Shown: one piece after another, positions 8,928 to 17,560 of the stretch
How positions within the stretch are numbered: the first letter of the stretch is position 1
Layout: every line of letters starts with the position of its first letter
NCBI GenBank assembly: GCA_028864975.1
Contig: JAGWLG010000010.1
Coordinates: 1 to 64,000, forward strand
Direction: 5' to 3'
DNA length: 64,000 nt
Origin: Thermoplasmata archaeon
Lineage (GTDB): Archaea; Thermoplasmatota; Thermoplasmata; Lutacidiplasmatales; UBA184
Notes under the pieces: model-generated
Seen by the model: the letters and a program-made list of their open reading frames with translations, nothing else
What the model was told of the DNA's origin: nothing
The model's database searches: none
Position numbers and translations under genes: made by a program

Positions 8928-9662
8928 TCACGATGCGGAGAGGTGCCCCTCGGGGGGACGTAAGGTCACCGTGACATGGAACTTCCCTTCGAAGACGTGG
9001 ACGTCCCCGATCCGGGACCTCTTCGATTGGAAGACCTCGAAGGTGAATCGATTGAAGTCCACGGGGGACTCGAAGGCGAGCGTCAGCCCGACCTTCACGA
9101 CCTCCTTCGGGGCCTTCGTCATCTTCTCCTCGAACTCCTTCACGACCTGGAGCGCCTCTTCCACTCGAGAGACGTTGATGAGCACCATCCGAACTCGCTC
9201 CTGCCGTCGGAGGAGCGCCTCCTCGAGCCTTCGGTTCACTTCCTGCGGGTCGAAGGGCTTCTCGATGTAGCCGTGGACCTGGGCCAAGTTGACCGCTCGA
9301 AGGACCGCCCCCACGTTGGTGTGGGCGGTGATCAGCATCCGCACCGTCTCGGGGTAGCGCTCCTTCACGTCCATCAGGAAGGCGATGCCGTTCTCCTCCG
9401 GCATGATCTGGTCGGACAACACCACGTCGATGGGCTGCTTCTGCAGCATCTCCATCGCGACCTTCGGGTCCGGAGCCACGACCACGTCGCTCTCGAACTC
9501 CTTCGCCTTCGAGAGGGTGCGACGGAGCAGCATCAGGATGTCCGGGTCGTCGTCGACGACCAGGATGCGGTACTTCCGCTTCTCGAGCACGCCCGCGGGG
9601 GGCGCACCGGCGACGGACTTGGCCGGTCGGGTCGAGGGGACACGACCTCGGTCGGCACGCAT
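8928..9662 (-). CDS. Response regulator: receiver domain plus unrecognised C-terminal domain
   Basis: RILVVDDDP, DVVLSDQIMPEENG (phosphoacceptor Asp), MLITA and YIEKPF, followed by ~80 aa with no recognised output domain. Confidence 0.9.
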   Translation of the reverse strand: MRADRGRVPSTRPAKSVAGAPPAGVLEKRKYRILVVDDDPDILMLLRRTLSKAKEFESDVVVAPDPKVAMEMLQKQPIDVVLSDQIMPEENGIAFLMDVKERYPETVRMLITAHTNVGAVLRAVNLAQVHGYIEKPFDPQEVNRRLEEALLRRQERVRMVLINVSRVEEALQVVKEFEEKMTKAPKEVVKVGLTLAFESPVDFNRFTFEVFQSKRSRIGDVHVFEGKFHVTVTLRPPEGHLSAS

Positions 9663-9770
9663 GCTGTTCCTCCGATGAGCCTAGGGGCGACTCGACCCAG
9701 CAGGTGCACCCTCCTCCAGAATAAAGGTCCATCGGCGCCGCTCGGAGGGGGTCCCCCAAGGGGCGCGACC

Positions 9771-11030
9771 TCACCCCAGGGCACTGGCCAGCTCGATGGC
9801 CCTTTCCAGGACGGGGTCGCGCCCCGCCAGCAGGTCTTCGCGGGCGGCGAAGACCTCGAGGTCCGGGGTGATCCCGATCCCCTCGAATGGGCTCCCATCC
9901 GGGAAGTGGGCCCGCTTGGTCCCGACGAAGGCTCGGAGGCCCTCGGGAAAGTCAAGGATGTAGGGCTGCCCGGTGCTCCCACAGGTCGTCGACCCCACCA
10001 GCGTCGCTCGTCCCGTGTCCTTGAGCGGCATCAGGAAGTCCTCGCACGCAGAACCGCATCGCCGATCCGCCAAGGCGATCAGGCGCCCCCGGTAGCTTCC
10101 CTTCTCCGGTCGGTGGGCCCCCGAGGGGAACCAGGCCTGCAGCCCGTCCCATTCTCGTAGAGGTTCGAGGGGGGCGAGCCGCTCCTTGGTCAAGTTGAAA
10201 CCATCTCCCTCTCCCCGCTCGAGCAGGTCCAGCAGATGGACATGCGCCCGGACGAACCCCACACGCTGGGGGGTCGAGAAGGCCCATCCCCGCCATGGCC
10301 GGTCCATCAGGCGCGGGAGGAGGAGGGTCGGAGTGCTCCCTCCGGTGTTCCCGCGAACATCGATGACGATCGTGGAGGCTTGCTGGAAGTGGTGCGTGAG
10401 CTCGATCGCCCTCCTCTCGTGGTCAGGCGCTCCGAACGATGGGATGCGAAGGTAGGCGACCTTCCCTCTCCGGAGCCACCTCCCTCGGGTCCTCTCCCGA
10501 GGGGGTTCACGTCGGCCTGGGACCCGCCGCAGGGTCCATCGACGACCTTGGGTCTGGAGCGAGACGCGACGGGGGAAGAGTCGGGGCAAGGCGGTCAGGT
10601 GCCGCTTGCGAGCGTCTTCGCTCGAACCCGAGATGAATCGCTGGCGGTCCTGGTAGAAATCATGGGGAGTCGTTCCATCGATCCGTTCGAGGACCTCCCC
10701 CGCTCGGACCTCGGGAGACCATGACTCCTCGACCACCCAGTCTCGCCCGATCGGGGCCGCGCGGAAACCCAGGGACCCACCGAGAGGCTTCCAGCCCACC
10801 GGGTCGAGGTAGAATGTGTGGCCGTTCTTCAGGCTCGCGAGAAAGGCGGACATTTCGAGAGAGAAGTGGTTGCGGTCCCCTCGACCGATGGTGGAGTCCA
10901 GGAGCTTCTGATACGCTCCCTCCAAGTCGAGCCCGCCGGTCGCTTCCCAGTGGGCGAAGGCGAGGTCGACCGCGCTCCGAACGGACGAAGCGATGTAGGC
11001 CCGTCGAGCAGGGGAGAGGTCCTTCACCAA
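9771..11030 (-). CDS. S41-family peptidase with PDZ-like segment
   Basis: YLRIPSF, IVIDVRGNTGGS, catalytic-Ser motif CGSACEDF, ATLVGSTTCG and EGIGITPD. No obvious signal peptide. TTG start. Confidence 0.88.
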   Translation of the reverse strand: MVKDLSPARRAYIASSVRSAVDLAFAHWEATGGLDLEGAYQKLLDSTIGRGDRNHFSLEMSAFLASLKNGHTFYLDPVGWKPLGGSLGFRAAPIGRDWVVEESWSPEVRAGEVLERIDGTTPHDFYQDRQRFISGSSEDARKRHLTALPRLFPRRVSLQTQGRRWTLRRVPGRREPPRERTRGRWLRRGKVAYLRIPSFGAPDHERRAIELTHHFQQASTIVIDVRGNTGGSTPTLLLPRLMDRPWRGWAFSTPQRVGFVRAHVHLLDLLERGEGDGFNLTKERLAPLEPLREWDGLQAWFPSGAHRPEKGSYRGRLIALADRRCGSACEDFLMPLKDTGRATLVGSTTCGSTGQPYILDFPEGLRAFVGTKRAHFPDGSPFEGIGITPDLEVFAAREDLLAGRDPVLERAIELASALG

Positions 11031-11157
11031 GGCTGCACCTCTTGGCGACCGTGGGCGAGCCGCCTCCCTCTACTTGAACGGGACGGGGGAGGACAGGCCC
11101 GCCCGGTTGCGCTTGAAGGGCCGGCGGGGGGGCACGGTCCCTCACTCCCGGCAGGCC

Positions 11158-12150
11158 TTACCGACCCGCGCGCCCTCGGGATACGAACCGCGCCCTGAGG
11201 GCAAGGTAGGCGTCAAGGTCCTTCTCGAACGTACGTTGGGTCAGACAGACCCGGACCCCCGAAGGGTCCCCGAAGTAGTGGCCAGGACAGACCAGGACGC
11301 CGCGTCGGATCCCCTCCTCGGCGAGCCGCAGCGTGAAGTCCGGTCCGACCGCCCGGTCGAACCAGACCGGAGCTCGAAGCAAAGGGAGGTCGGGGACCCG
11401 TTCCCGCAGCAGACGCAGATTGCGCTCGAAGAGCGCGCGGGACTCCCGAAGCAGGGTCGTCCGGTTCCGCAGGATCGAGAGCGCGGCCCCCACCGAAGCG
11501 AGCGCCGGACGGTCCACCCAGAGGTCGCAGGCGTCGCGGAACCGCTCCGCCTCTCCCGCGGGAGGGACGGCGAACCCCATCCGGATGTCGTCCGCGCCGT
11601 AGACCTTCGTGAACGTTCCCGTGGTCCACCACCCCGCGCGCCCCAGTCGAGCGAACGACCTCGAGGGGGTGAACTCCCGGAACGTCTCATCGATCACGAC
11701 GTGGCGCGATCCCTCGGCAAGGCGGAGCACGTCCTCCGAGGTCCGAAGGACCCCTTCCGGGTTGTTCGGGTTCGACAGCAGGGCCACGTCGTTCCCCCCG
11801 AGCCCCTGAGAGACCCGGAACCCGATCCCCGACGCGATGTCCACGAGGGGAGGATACTCAGGGGTCCGGATCCCACAAAAGAGGGAGCTCTTCCCCTCGG
11901 CCCGCAGAGCGCGAGCGAGGTAGAGGAGGACGAGGGTGTTCGCCGTCGTCGCTCCGGTCGTCAGGACCACTCGCTCCGCCGGGACGCCCAGGACCCGACC
12001 GAGCCGCGCCCGCAGCTCGGGGGGCTTGCCGGGTCTGACCGAGCGGAGCAGTGGGAGGGCGGTCCGTAGCTGTCCCTTCATCCCGCTCTGGGCGAGGTCG
12101 TGGCGCATCCCGGGATGGTCCAGGATCCAGTCGGCGAGAGGGAAGGGCAC
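11158..12150 (-). CDS. PLP-dependent aminotransferase class I/II
   Basis: 3' part of the long ORF 11158..14253: VVLTTGAT, LSNPNNPEG, VVIDETFREF and GTFTKVYGADDIRMG. GTG start at 12150 inferred. Confidence 0.85.
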   Translation of the reverse strand: MPFPLADWILDHPGMRHDLAQSGMKGQLRTALPLLRSVRPGKPPELRARLGRVLGVPAERVVLTTGATTANTLVLLYLARALRAEGKSSLFCGIRTPEYPPLVDIASGIGFRVSQGLGGNDVALLSNPNNPEGVLRTSEDVLRLAEGSRHVVIDETFREFTPSRSFARLGRAGWWTTGTFTKVYGADDIRMGFAVPPAGEAERFRDACDLWVDRPALASVGAALSILRNRTTLLRESRALFERNLRLLRERVPDLPLLRAPVWFDRAVGPDFTLRLAEEGIRRGVLVCPGHYFGDPSGVRVCLTQRTFEKDLDAYLALRARFVSRGRAGR

Positions 12151-12290
12151 ACCCTCGCGAACCCGGGACCGCACAAAGCCTTCGCGCAGCGTCCCCGTTC
12201 GGCCCGAGGGCGGGACCTCGCCTGGTCCTCGACAAGGGGCGAGCGAAGAAGGCTCCCGGTCGGACCTCGGGCTGGGGCCGTCCGTGCGGG

Positions 12291-14114
12291 TCACCGCGGC
12301 GCAGCGACAGCATGCCCCGCGGGGGCTCCCGAGGCGCCGTCCCCTGCAGAGCCGCCCAGCCCGCGCTCGAGCTCCGCGAGCTCCCTCGAGGTCATCCGGT
12401 GGAGGAGGGCCAGGTCGGCCGCCTCCATCACGTCCGCGCTCTCGACCGTAGAGCGTCCCTCGAACGCGGCATTCGTCCGGGCGAGCTGCTCCATCATGAC
12501 GTCCAGGTTCGCGCTCTGGTGGTCGAGGAGCGTCATGCGCGCGATAAGGGTCATGACCTTCGTCGGAAGGTTGACGCCGTGCGTCCGGTCGCGCGCCTTG
12601 AGGAGGTTCGTCCGCGTCTCCTCCTCCTCGCGCGCATACTGCTGGCGGAAGGGCTCGGGGTTCTTGCGGAACTCCAGGTTGCGTCGGATGACCTCCAGGC
12701 GCTCCTCCACCGTGGACGGGCTCGAGACCTCCACGTGGAGCGTCATGCCCGAGAGCAGGTGGTAGGCCTCCTCGTCCTCGTCCTTGAGCCCGCCCAGGAC
12801 CGCGGGGGGAAGCGCGTGGGAGACGTGCGGGGCGGACCCCTGCTTCACGGGGGGCCGGGGGAGCGAGAGCGCGGCGGTCTGCAGGACCGTGTCGACCAGG
12901 TAGGCCCCGGTTTCCTTCCCGAAGTGGATGCGCCCGGTCAGGTAGCGCTCCTCGTCGCTCCACTTGCGGTAGTTCTCGGCGCCGAGCTTGAGCCGCTCGT
13001 GGACGGGCTCCAGCACCTGGGCGAAGGAGAGGATCAAGTTGAACTTCGCGTTCCCCTCGGGCCCCCAGAGGACCACGCCCCCTAGGGAGGGGTCGATCGC
13101 GCTTAGGAGCAGGGCTCTCTTCGCCTTGTCCTGACCCACGACCGCGGAGAAGGGGAACATCGGGGCCTTGAGCCGTCGGGAGAGCTGGGCGTAGCGTCCG
13201 CGCCGGAAGATGCGGGTCTGGAAGTCCGCCTCGATCTTCGCGCGCTCGCGCTCGAGGTCCGTATGGAACTTCTCCTTGAGGCGGGACTCCTCCTCCGAGA
13301 CCCGCGCCTTCGATTCCTGCGACAGGCGGGCTTCGATGGCCTCGGACTTCCGCACCATCTCGGTCTCGAGCCGTGAGCGCTCGATGGTGAGTTGCTGGGC
13401 GCCCTTCTTCTCGGCCTCGGCCTCGAGCTCGCTCGCGCGCTTGCGGCGCTCCTCCTCGAGCTTCGAGTGTCCCTCCGCCTCCCGTTGGCGGAGCTCGACC
13501 TCCAGGTTCCTGCGAAGTTCCGCCTCGCGGGCCTTCATCCGCTCGTCGACCTGTTCGCGGAGCTCCTCCTCCCGCTTGCGACCCTTGGCCTGGTAGGTCT
13601 CCTCCAGGTCCCTGCGGTCGCGGGCGAGCTCGCGGTCGCTGGCGCGCCGGGCCTCGTCCTCGAAGGCCTTCTTGTCCAGCGCGAGCTGGGACTTGAGGTC
13701 CTGTTCCCGCTTCTCGTAGCCCTGGAGCAGCTGGACCTTGAGCGCCTCGTTCCGCTGGTCGAGCTCGTCGCGGAACTTCTGGGTGAGCTCGGTCTCCTGC
13801 CGGGTCAGAGCCTCCTGGACCTTCCGCTCGGCGTCCGCGGCGGCATCGGCCTTCGCCTCGGCAAGGGCGCGTTCGAGCTCCCGCTGCGCCTTTTCCTCGT
13901 TCTGGCCCCAGCGTCGCTCCCACTCCAGGTCGCGGTCCCGCTGGGCCTTTCCGACAGATTCCGCGATGCGACGCTCGTTCGCCGTGGCGAGCTCCCTGAG
14001 CTCGAGAACCTTCGCATCCTCGAGCTCCTTGCGGGCCTTGGCGACCCCATCGGCGATCTTCTTCTGGATGAACGCCAGTTCCGCGTCCAGCTCGTTCGTG
14101 CTCTCGGGGGCCAC
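12291..14114 (-). CDS. Long coiled-coil protein fused to a degenerate ChlI-like AAA+ domain
   Basis: aa 1-~305 are an E/K/R/A-rich coiled coil. From aa 319: FPFSAVVGQDKAKRALLLSAIDPSLGGVVLWG (ChlI signature), but with Walker A GPEGNAKF, Walker B position IHFGKE and the arginine-finger DR replaced by SG. Confidence 0.85.
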   Translation of the reverse strand: MAPESTNELDAELAFIQKKIADGVAKARKELEDAKVLELRELATANERRIAESVGKAQRDRDLEWERRWGQNEEKAQRELERALAEAKADAAADAERKVQEALTRQETELTQKFRDELDQRNEALKVQLLQGYEKREQDLKSQLALDKKAFEDEARRASDRELARDRRDLEETYQAKGRKREEELREQVDERMKAREAELRRNLEVELRQREAEGHSKLEEERRKRASELEAEAEKKGAQQLTIERSRLETEMVRKSEAIEARLSQESKARVSEEESRLKEKFHTDLERERAKIEADFQTRIFRRGRYAQLSRRLKAPMFPFSAVVGQDKAKRALLLSAIDPSLGGVVLWGPEGNAKFNLILSFAQVLEPVHERLKLGAENYRKWSDEERYLTGRIHFGKETGAYLVDTVLQTAALSLPRPPVKQGSAPHVSHALPPAVLGGLKDEDEEAYHLLSGMTLHVEVSSPSTVEERLEVIRRNLEFRKNPEPFRQQYAREEEETRTNLLKARDRTHGVNLPTKVMTLIARMTLLDHQSANLDVMMEQLARTNAAFEGRSTVESADVMEAADLALLHRMTSRELAELERGLGGSAGDGASGAPAGHAVAAPR

Positions 14115-14137
14115 GCGATCGCCTTCTTCCCCGGACG

Positions 14138-16063
14138 TCAGAGGTTCTCCTCGATGACGCGCCGCAGACGCTCGGGACTGAACTCGGCCTGTTCAAAGGG
14201 TTTGCGCCGCATCCTGTGAGGCAGCGCCATCTCGGCGATCCGCCCCACGTCATCGGCGCTGACCTGGGTACGCCCCTCGAGGGCGCAGAGCGAGCGCGCT
14301 CCGCGCTCGATCATGATGTCGGCACGATGTCCGTCCACCCCGAAGGCCGTGGTGACCTTCGGGATCGCGGCGAAGAGCTTCTGGGAGATCTCGACCTTCG
14401 GCAGGATCTCCCGGCTCCGCTTGATCTTCTCCCGGATCTGTCCCTGAAGTGGCTCGAAACGGGCGCGGAAGTCCGCGGAGTCGCGTTCGAAGTCCTGCCG
14501 ACGTCGGACGATCTCCATCCGCGTGTTGAGGTCCTCGATGCCGACGATCGAGACCTGCAACGCGATTCGGTCGAGCAGCTGCGGCCGCAGGCTGCCCTCC
14601 TCGGGGTTCATCGTGCCGACCATGACGAACCTAGCGGGATAGGACACCGAGATCCCCTCGCGCTCGACGGTGACCCGCCCCATGGCGGCCGCGTCCAGGA
14701 GCACGTCCACGACGTAGTCGTCCAGGAGGTTGATCTCGTCGACGTAGAGGATGCCGCGGTTCGCCTCCGCGAGCACCCCGTGCTCGAAGGCGACCTCCCC
14801 CTCCGTGAGCATCCGGCTCACGTCCAACGTCCCCACGACCCGGTCCTCCGTCGCGTTCAACGGCAGGTCGACGACCTTGAGCGGACGCACCCGGGTGGGG
14901 ATCGCGTCGGGGGTGCGGCCCTGGTACTTCTCTGTGCACTCCCAGCACCATTCCTGGGGGCGGGCGGGGTCGCAGGAGAAGCGGCACCCTTCGACGATCT
15001 TGATCTCGGGGGTGATCTCGGTCAACCCCCGGACCGTGACGGACTTCGCGGTCCCCTTCTGTCCGCTGATGAGCACCCCTCCCACGAGGGGGTCGACGAT
15101 GTTGCAGAGCAGCGCGAGCTTCATCTTCTCCTGCCCGAGGACCCCGGAGAACGGGAAGAGCGCCGTCGCCTTCCGCCCCTTCGCTCCCATCAGCTTCGAG
15201 CGGGCTTCCTCGCGCTTCGCCTTCTTCGACTCCTCCGCGTGGGCGGCCGCGACCGCCTGCGCCTGGATCGTCGTCGGGGAGACCTCGGGCTGCTTGAGAA
15301 TGGCCTCCACCTGCACCTTGTTCTCGATCCGGCTCTCGACCTCGACCTCGGTCACCCCCGTTCCTCCCTCGAGGGTCGCCCGGAGCTGCCCCACCTGGAC
15401 CCCCGCCATCCCGCCACCCCCGGAGCCCGCCTGGGCGAGGGCTTCGCTGCGCTTCTTTGCCCCCTCGATGAGGAGGGCCCCGCAGTTCGTGCAGGAGATC
15501 GCGTCCGGCTCGACCGGCGCGTCGCACGAGGCGCAGCGCATCTCGCCGACCTCGAGCTCGGCCCCACACGTCGGGCAGGAGGAGGCGTGGAACGGGACAG
15601 GAGAGGAGCAGGTGGGGCAGAGCGCCTCGGGGTTCGTGAGCGGCTGTTTGCAATGCGGACAGAAGAGCGCCTCGGCCGGCACGAGGGCGCTACAATGCGC
15701 GCACTTGCAGCTCTCTGGGTCGAAGGCCGCCCCGCATCTTGCGCACCGGTCCGCGTAGACCGAGGTGACGGCCCCGCAGGCCGGGCAGAGCGACTCGTCC
15801 CCGACGAAGCGCTCCTCGCCCAGGACCTCCCCGACCAGGGCCTCGGTGTCGGGGTGGGCCCCTGGCTCTTCGACCGTGGGCAGCTCCGGGGTCGCCTCCT
15901 CCAGGAGCCCCTCGAGCTGCGCCGCGAGCTCGTTCACGGACTCATCGGGGGCGAACTCCTCGCCGTTCCCCTCCCCCTTGCCGTTGGTCGGAGGAGTGCC
16001 CTCCCCGCCCTCCGGTTCTGGGTCGGTGGGACGCGGCTCTTCAGGAGGAGGGACCGGGACCAT
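14138..16063 (-). CDS. ChlI/BchI-type AAA+ ATPase with four N-terminal zinc ribbons
   Basis: Acidic N-terminus, eight CxxC motifs, then FPFSGVLGQEKMKLAL..DPLVGGVLISGQKGTAKS, ANRGILYVDEINLLDD, TMNPEEGSLRPQLLDR and GHRADI. ATG 16063 has a GAGGTG Shine-Dalgarno 6 nt upstream. Confidence 0.92.
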   Translation of the reverse strand: MVPVPPPEEPRPTDPEPEGGEGTPPTNGKGEGNGEEFAPDESVNELAAQLEGLLEEATPELPTVEEPGAHPDTEALVGEVLGEERFVGDESLCPACGAVTSVYADRCARCGAAFDPESCKCAHCSALVPAEALFCPHCKQPLTNPEALCPTCSSPVPFHASSCPTCGAELEVGEMRCASCDAPVEPDAISCTNCGALLIEGAKKRSEALAQAGSGGGGMAGVQVGQLRATLEGGTGVTEVEVESRIENKVQVEAILKQPEVSPTTIQAQAVAAAHAEESKKAKREEARSKLMGAKGRKATALFPFSGVLGQEKMKLALLCNIVDPLVGGVLISGQKGTAKSVTVRGLTEITPEIKIVEGCRFSCDPARPQEWCWECTEKYQGRTPDAIPTRVRPLKVVDLPLNATEDRVVGTLDVSRMLTEGEVAFEHGVLAEANRGILYVDEINLLDDYVVDVLLDAAAMGRVTVEREGISVSYPARFVMVGTMNPEEGSLRPQLLDRIALQVSIVGIEDLNTRMEIVRRRQDFERDSADFRARFEPLQGQIREKIKRSREILPKVEISQKLFAAIPKVTTAFGVDGHRADIMIERGARSLCALEGRTQVSADDVGRIAEMALPHRMRRKPFEQAEFSPERLRRVIEENL

Positions 16064-16197
16064 GAAGCGCACCTCTTGAAGGCGCATGCGAGTGTATGTA
16101 CCTTGTCAGACCCCCGCCCGACCCCAACGGGTGCCCGAGGAGTGGGCTGGGCGGGGGCGAACTTGGTTCCTGGACCCTCCCGGGCTCCTCGCGAACG

Positions 16198-16203
16198 TTT
16201 AAG
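16198..16203. promoter_or_regulatory. TATA-like element in the divergent intergenic region
   Basis: TTTAAG in otherwise GC-rich sequence between the divergent chlI-like and cdvA-like genes. Confidence 0.5.
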
Positions 16204-16258
16204 TCCCCAGGCACGGTCTTATGACCTGCGGGACCCGCAAGGGGGGATCCCGCAGGTC

Positions 16259-17560
16259 ATGGGGGTCCTCGAGGGTATCAAAGGCTCGTTCTGGCCCTCC
16301 GGCAAGAGGGGCCTCGGTTCTCCGCTTTTCCTCGAGGAGGATGGTCCGATCCTCGGCGTCATCGACGACATCTTCCTCGACAAGAAGTCCGGACAGCCGG
16401 TCGCGTACCGCGTGCTGGCGAGCGGACAGTACCTCGAGGTCCCAGCCGAGGCCGTCACGGAGACCCCCGGGGGTTACATCTACCGCTCCCCCTGGTTCGC
16501 GGAGGCGGATGCGCTCGTCCGGAAGCTCGAGAGCCAGGAGCTCCTCATGCCCGAGCTCCTCTTCTCCTCCGTCGCGACCTCCGACGCCGACCGACGGCTC
16601 CTGGAGAGCGCGGTCGAGCGCTCTCCCGCGCTCAAGAAGATGGTCTCCCAGGCGACCGAGCTCTACCAGGGACTGTCCCCGCGCATCGACGCGCTCGAGA
16701 AGGAGAAGTACAAGGTCGTGGGAGAGGTCGCGGACCTCGCGGAGGGGCTCATGACGGGCCGCCTTCCCAAGGACGTCCATCGGGAGCGGTTCGTCGCGCT
16801 CAAGCGTCGTCTCCAGGTCTTGGATGCTTCCCTCCACCGAGGGGAGTCGCTCCGCCGTCGGCTGGAATCCATCCCGTTCGTCACGCTCGCCAAGAAGCCC
16901 GAGGTCGCCGGGGCCGGTCTCCCCTCGCTCCCTGCTGGAGCGATGGCGGGGGGCCGCCCCTCCGCCTTGAGCGCCGCCATGCTCCCCGGGTCCCCTGCGG
17001 GGGTCCGCCCCCCTCCCGGGGCCGGGGAGGAGTGGAAGCGTATCCGCAAGTTCCGCGTCCTGAAGGCGGAGGCCACGCTCCGCCAGAGAGAGGAGTCGCT
17101 CCACCGGATGGAGCAGGAGCTCCAGAAGACGGGGGGGGTCTCCCCCGAGCTCGTCCAGTCGCTCTCCCAGAACTACGACAAGCTCGCCAAGGCGATCGCC
17201 CAGGGCGGCCCCGACGGGCTCAAGAAGGAGATCGAGCGGATCGTCCAGGACAACGCCCAGAAGACGGCCAAGACGGAGACGAAGGCCCTCGGCTCGGCGC
17301 TCGGTTCCCCTGCCGCCTCGAGCCTCGGCAGCGCTCCCCCGGGGAAGACCTGTCCGCTCTGTGCCGAGCCGCTCACGGGGCGCGAGACCACCTGCCCCGG
17401 CTGCCAGGCCGACCTCAAGACCTTGGAAGAGGCGAAGGAGGGGTCGACGGGGCCCAACGGGGCCCAGAAGTTCTTCCGTGGCGGCGGAGCGACTAAGATG
17501 GGGGTCGTGCTGCTCATGGCGGCCGGCGCGACGTTCCTCTCCTGGTTCGTCCTACGTTAG
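16259..17560 (+). CDS. CdvA-like protein (PRC-barrel + coiled coil) with zinc ribbon and C-terminal TM helix
   Basis: 3' part of ORF 14216..17560, from ATG 16259. PRC-barrel-like LGVIDDIFLDKKSGQPVAYRV, then SPWFAEA and RIDALEKE..GRLPKDVHRE..LKRR as recalled for CdvA. CPLC..CPGC and a hydrophobic C-terminus follow. Confidence 0.7.
   Translation: MGVLEGIKGSFWPSGKRGLGSPLFLEEDGPILGVIDDIFLDKKSGQPVAYRVLASGQYLEVPAEAVTETPGGYIYRSPWFAEADALVRKLESQELLMPELLFSSVATSDADRRLLESAVERSPALKKMVSQATELYQGLSPRIDALEKEKYKVVGEVADLAEGLMTGRLPKDVHRERFVALKRRLQVLDASLHRGESLRRRLESIPFVTLAKKPEVAGAGLPSLPAGAMAGGRPSALSAAMLPGSPAGVRPPPGAGEEWKRIRKFRVLKAEATLRQREESLHRMEQELQKTGGVSPELVQSLSQNYDKLAKAIAQGGPDGLKKEIERIVQDNAQKTAKTETKALGSALGSPAASSLGSAPPGKTCPLCAEPLTGRETTCPGCQADLKTLEEAKEGSTGPNGAQKFFRGGGATKMGVVLLMAAGATFLSWFVLR

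Noticed and set aside
12151-14253. Upstream ~700 codons of the 1031-aa ORF 11158..14253
   Set aside because: R/G/P-rich off-frame reading of the coiled-coil/ChlI-like gene. Only the last ~330 codons encode the aminotransferase.
12291-16063. Magnesium or cobalt chelatase for tetrapyrrole synthesis
   Set aside because: No ChlH/CobN, vWA domain or tetrapyrrole genes are in the window, and both proteins carry non-chelatase extensions. It cannot be fully excluded without the rest of the genome.
14216-16258. Upstream part of the 1114-aa ORF 14216..17560
   Set aside because: Antisense shadow of the chlI-like gene. Protein-like composition starts at ATG 16259.
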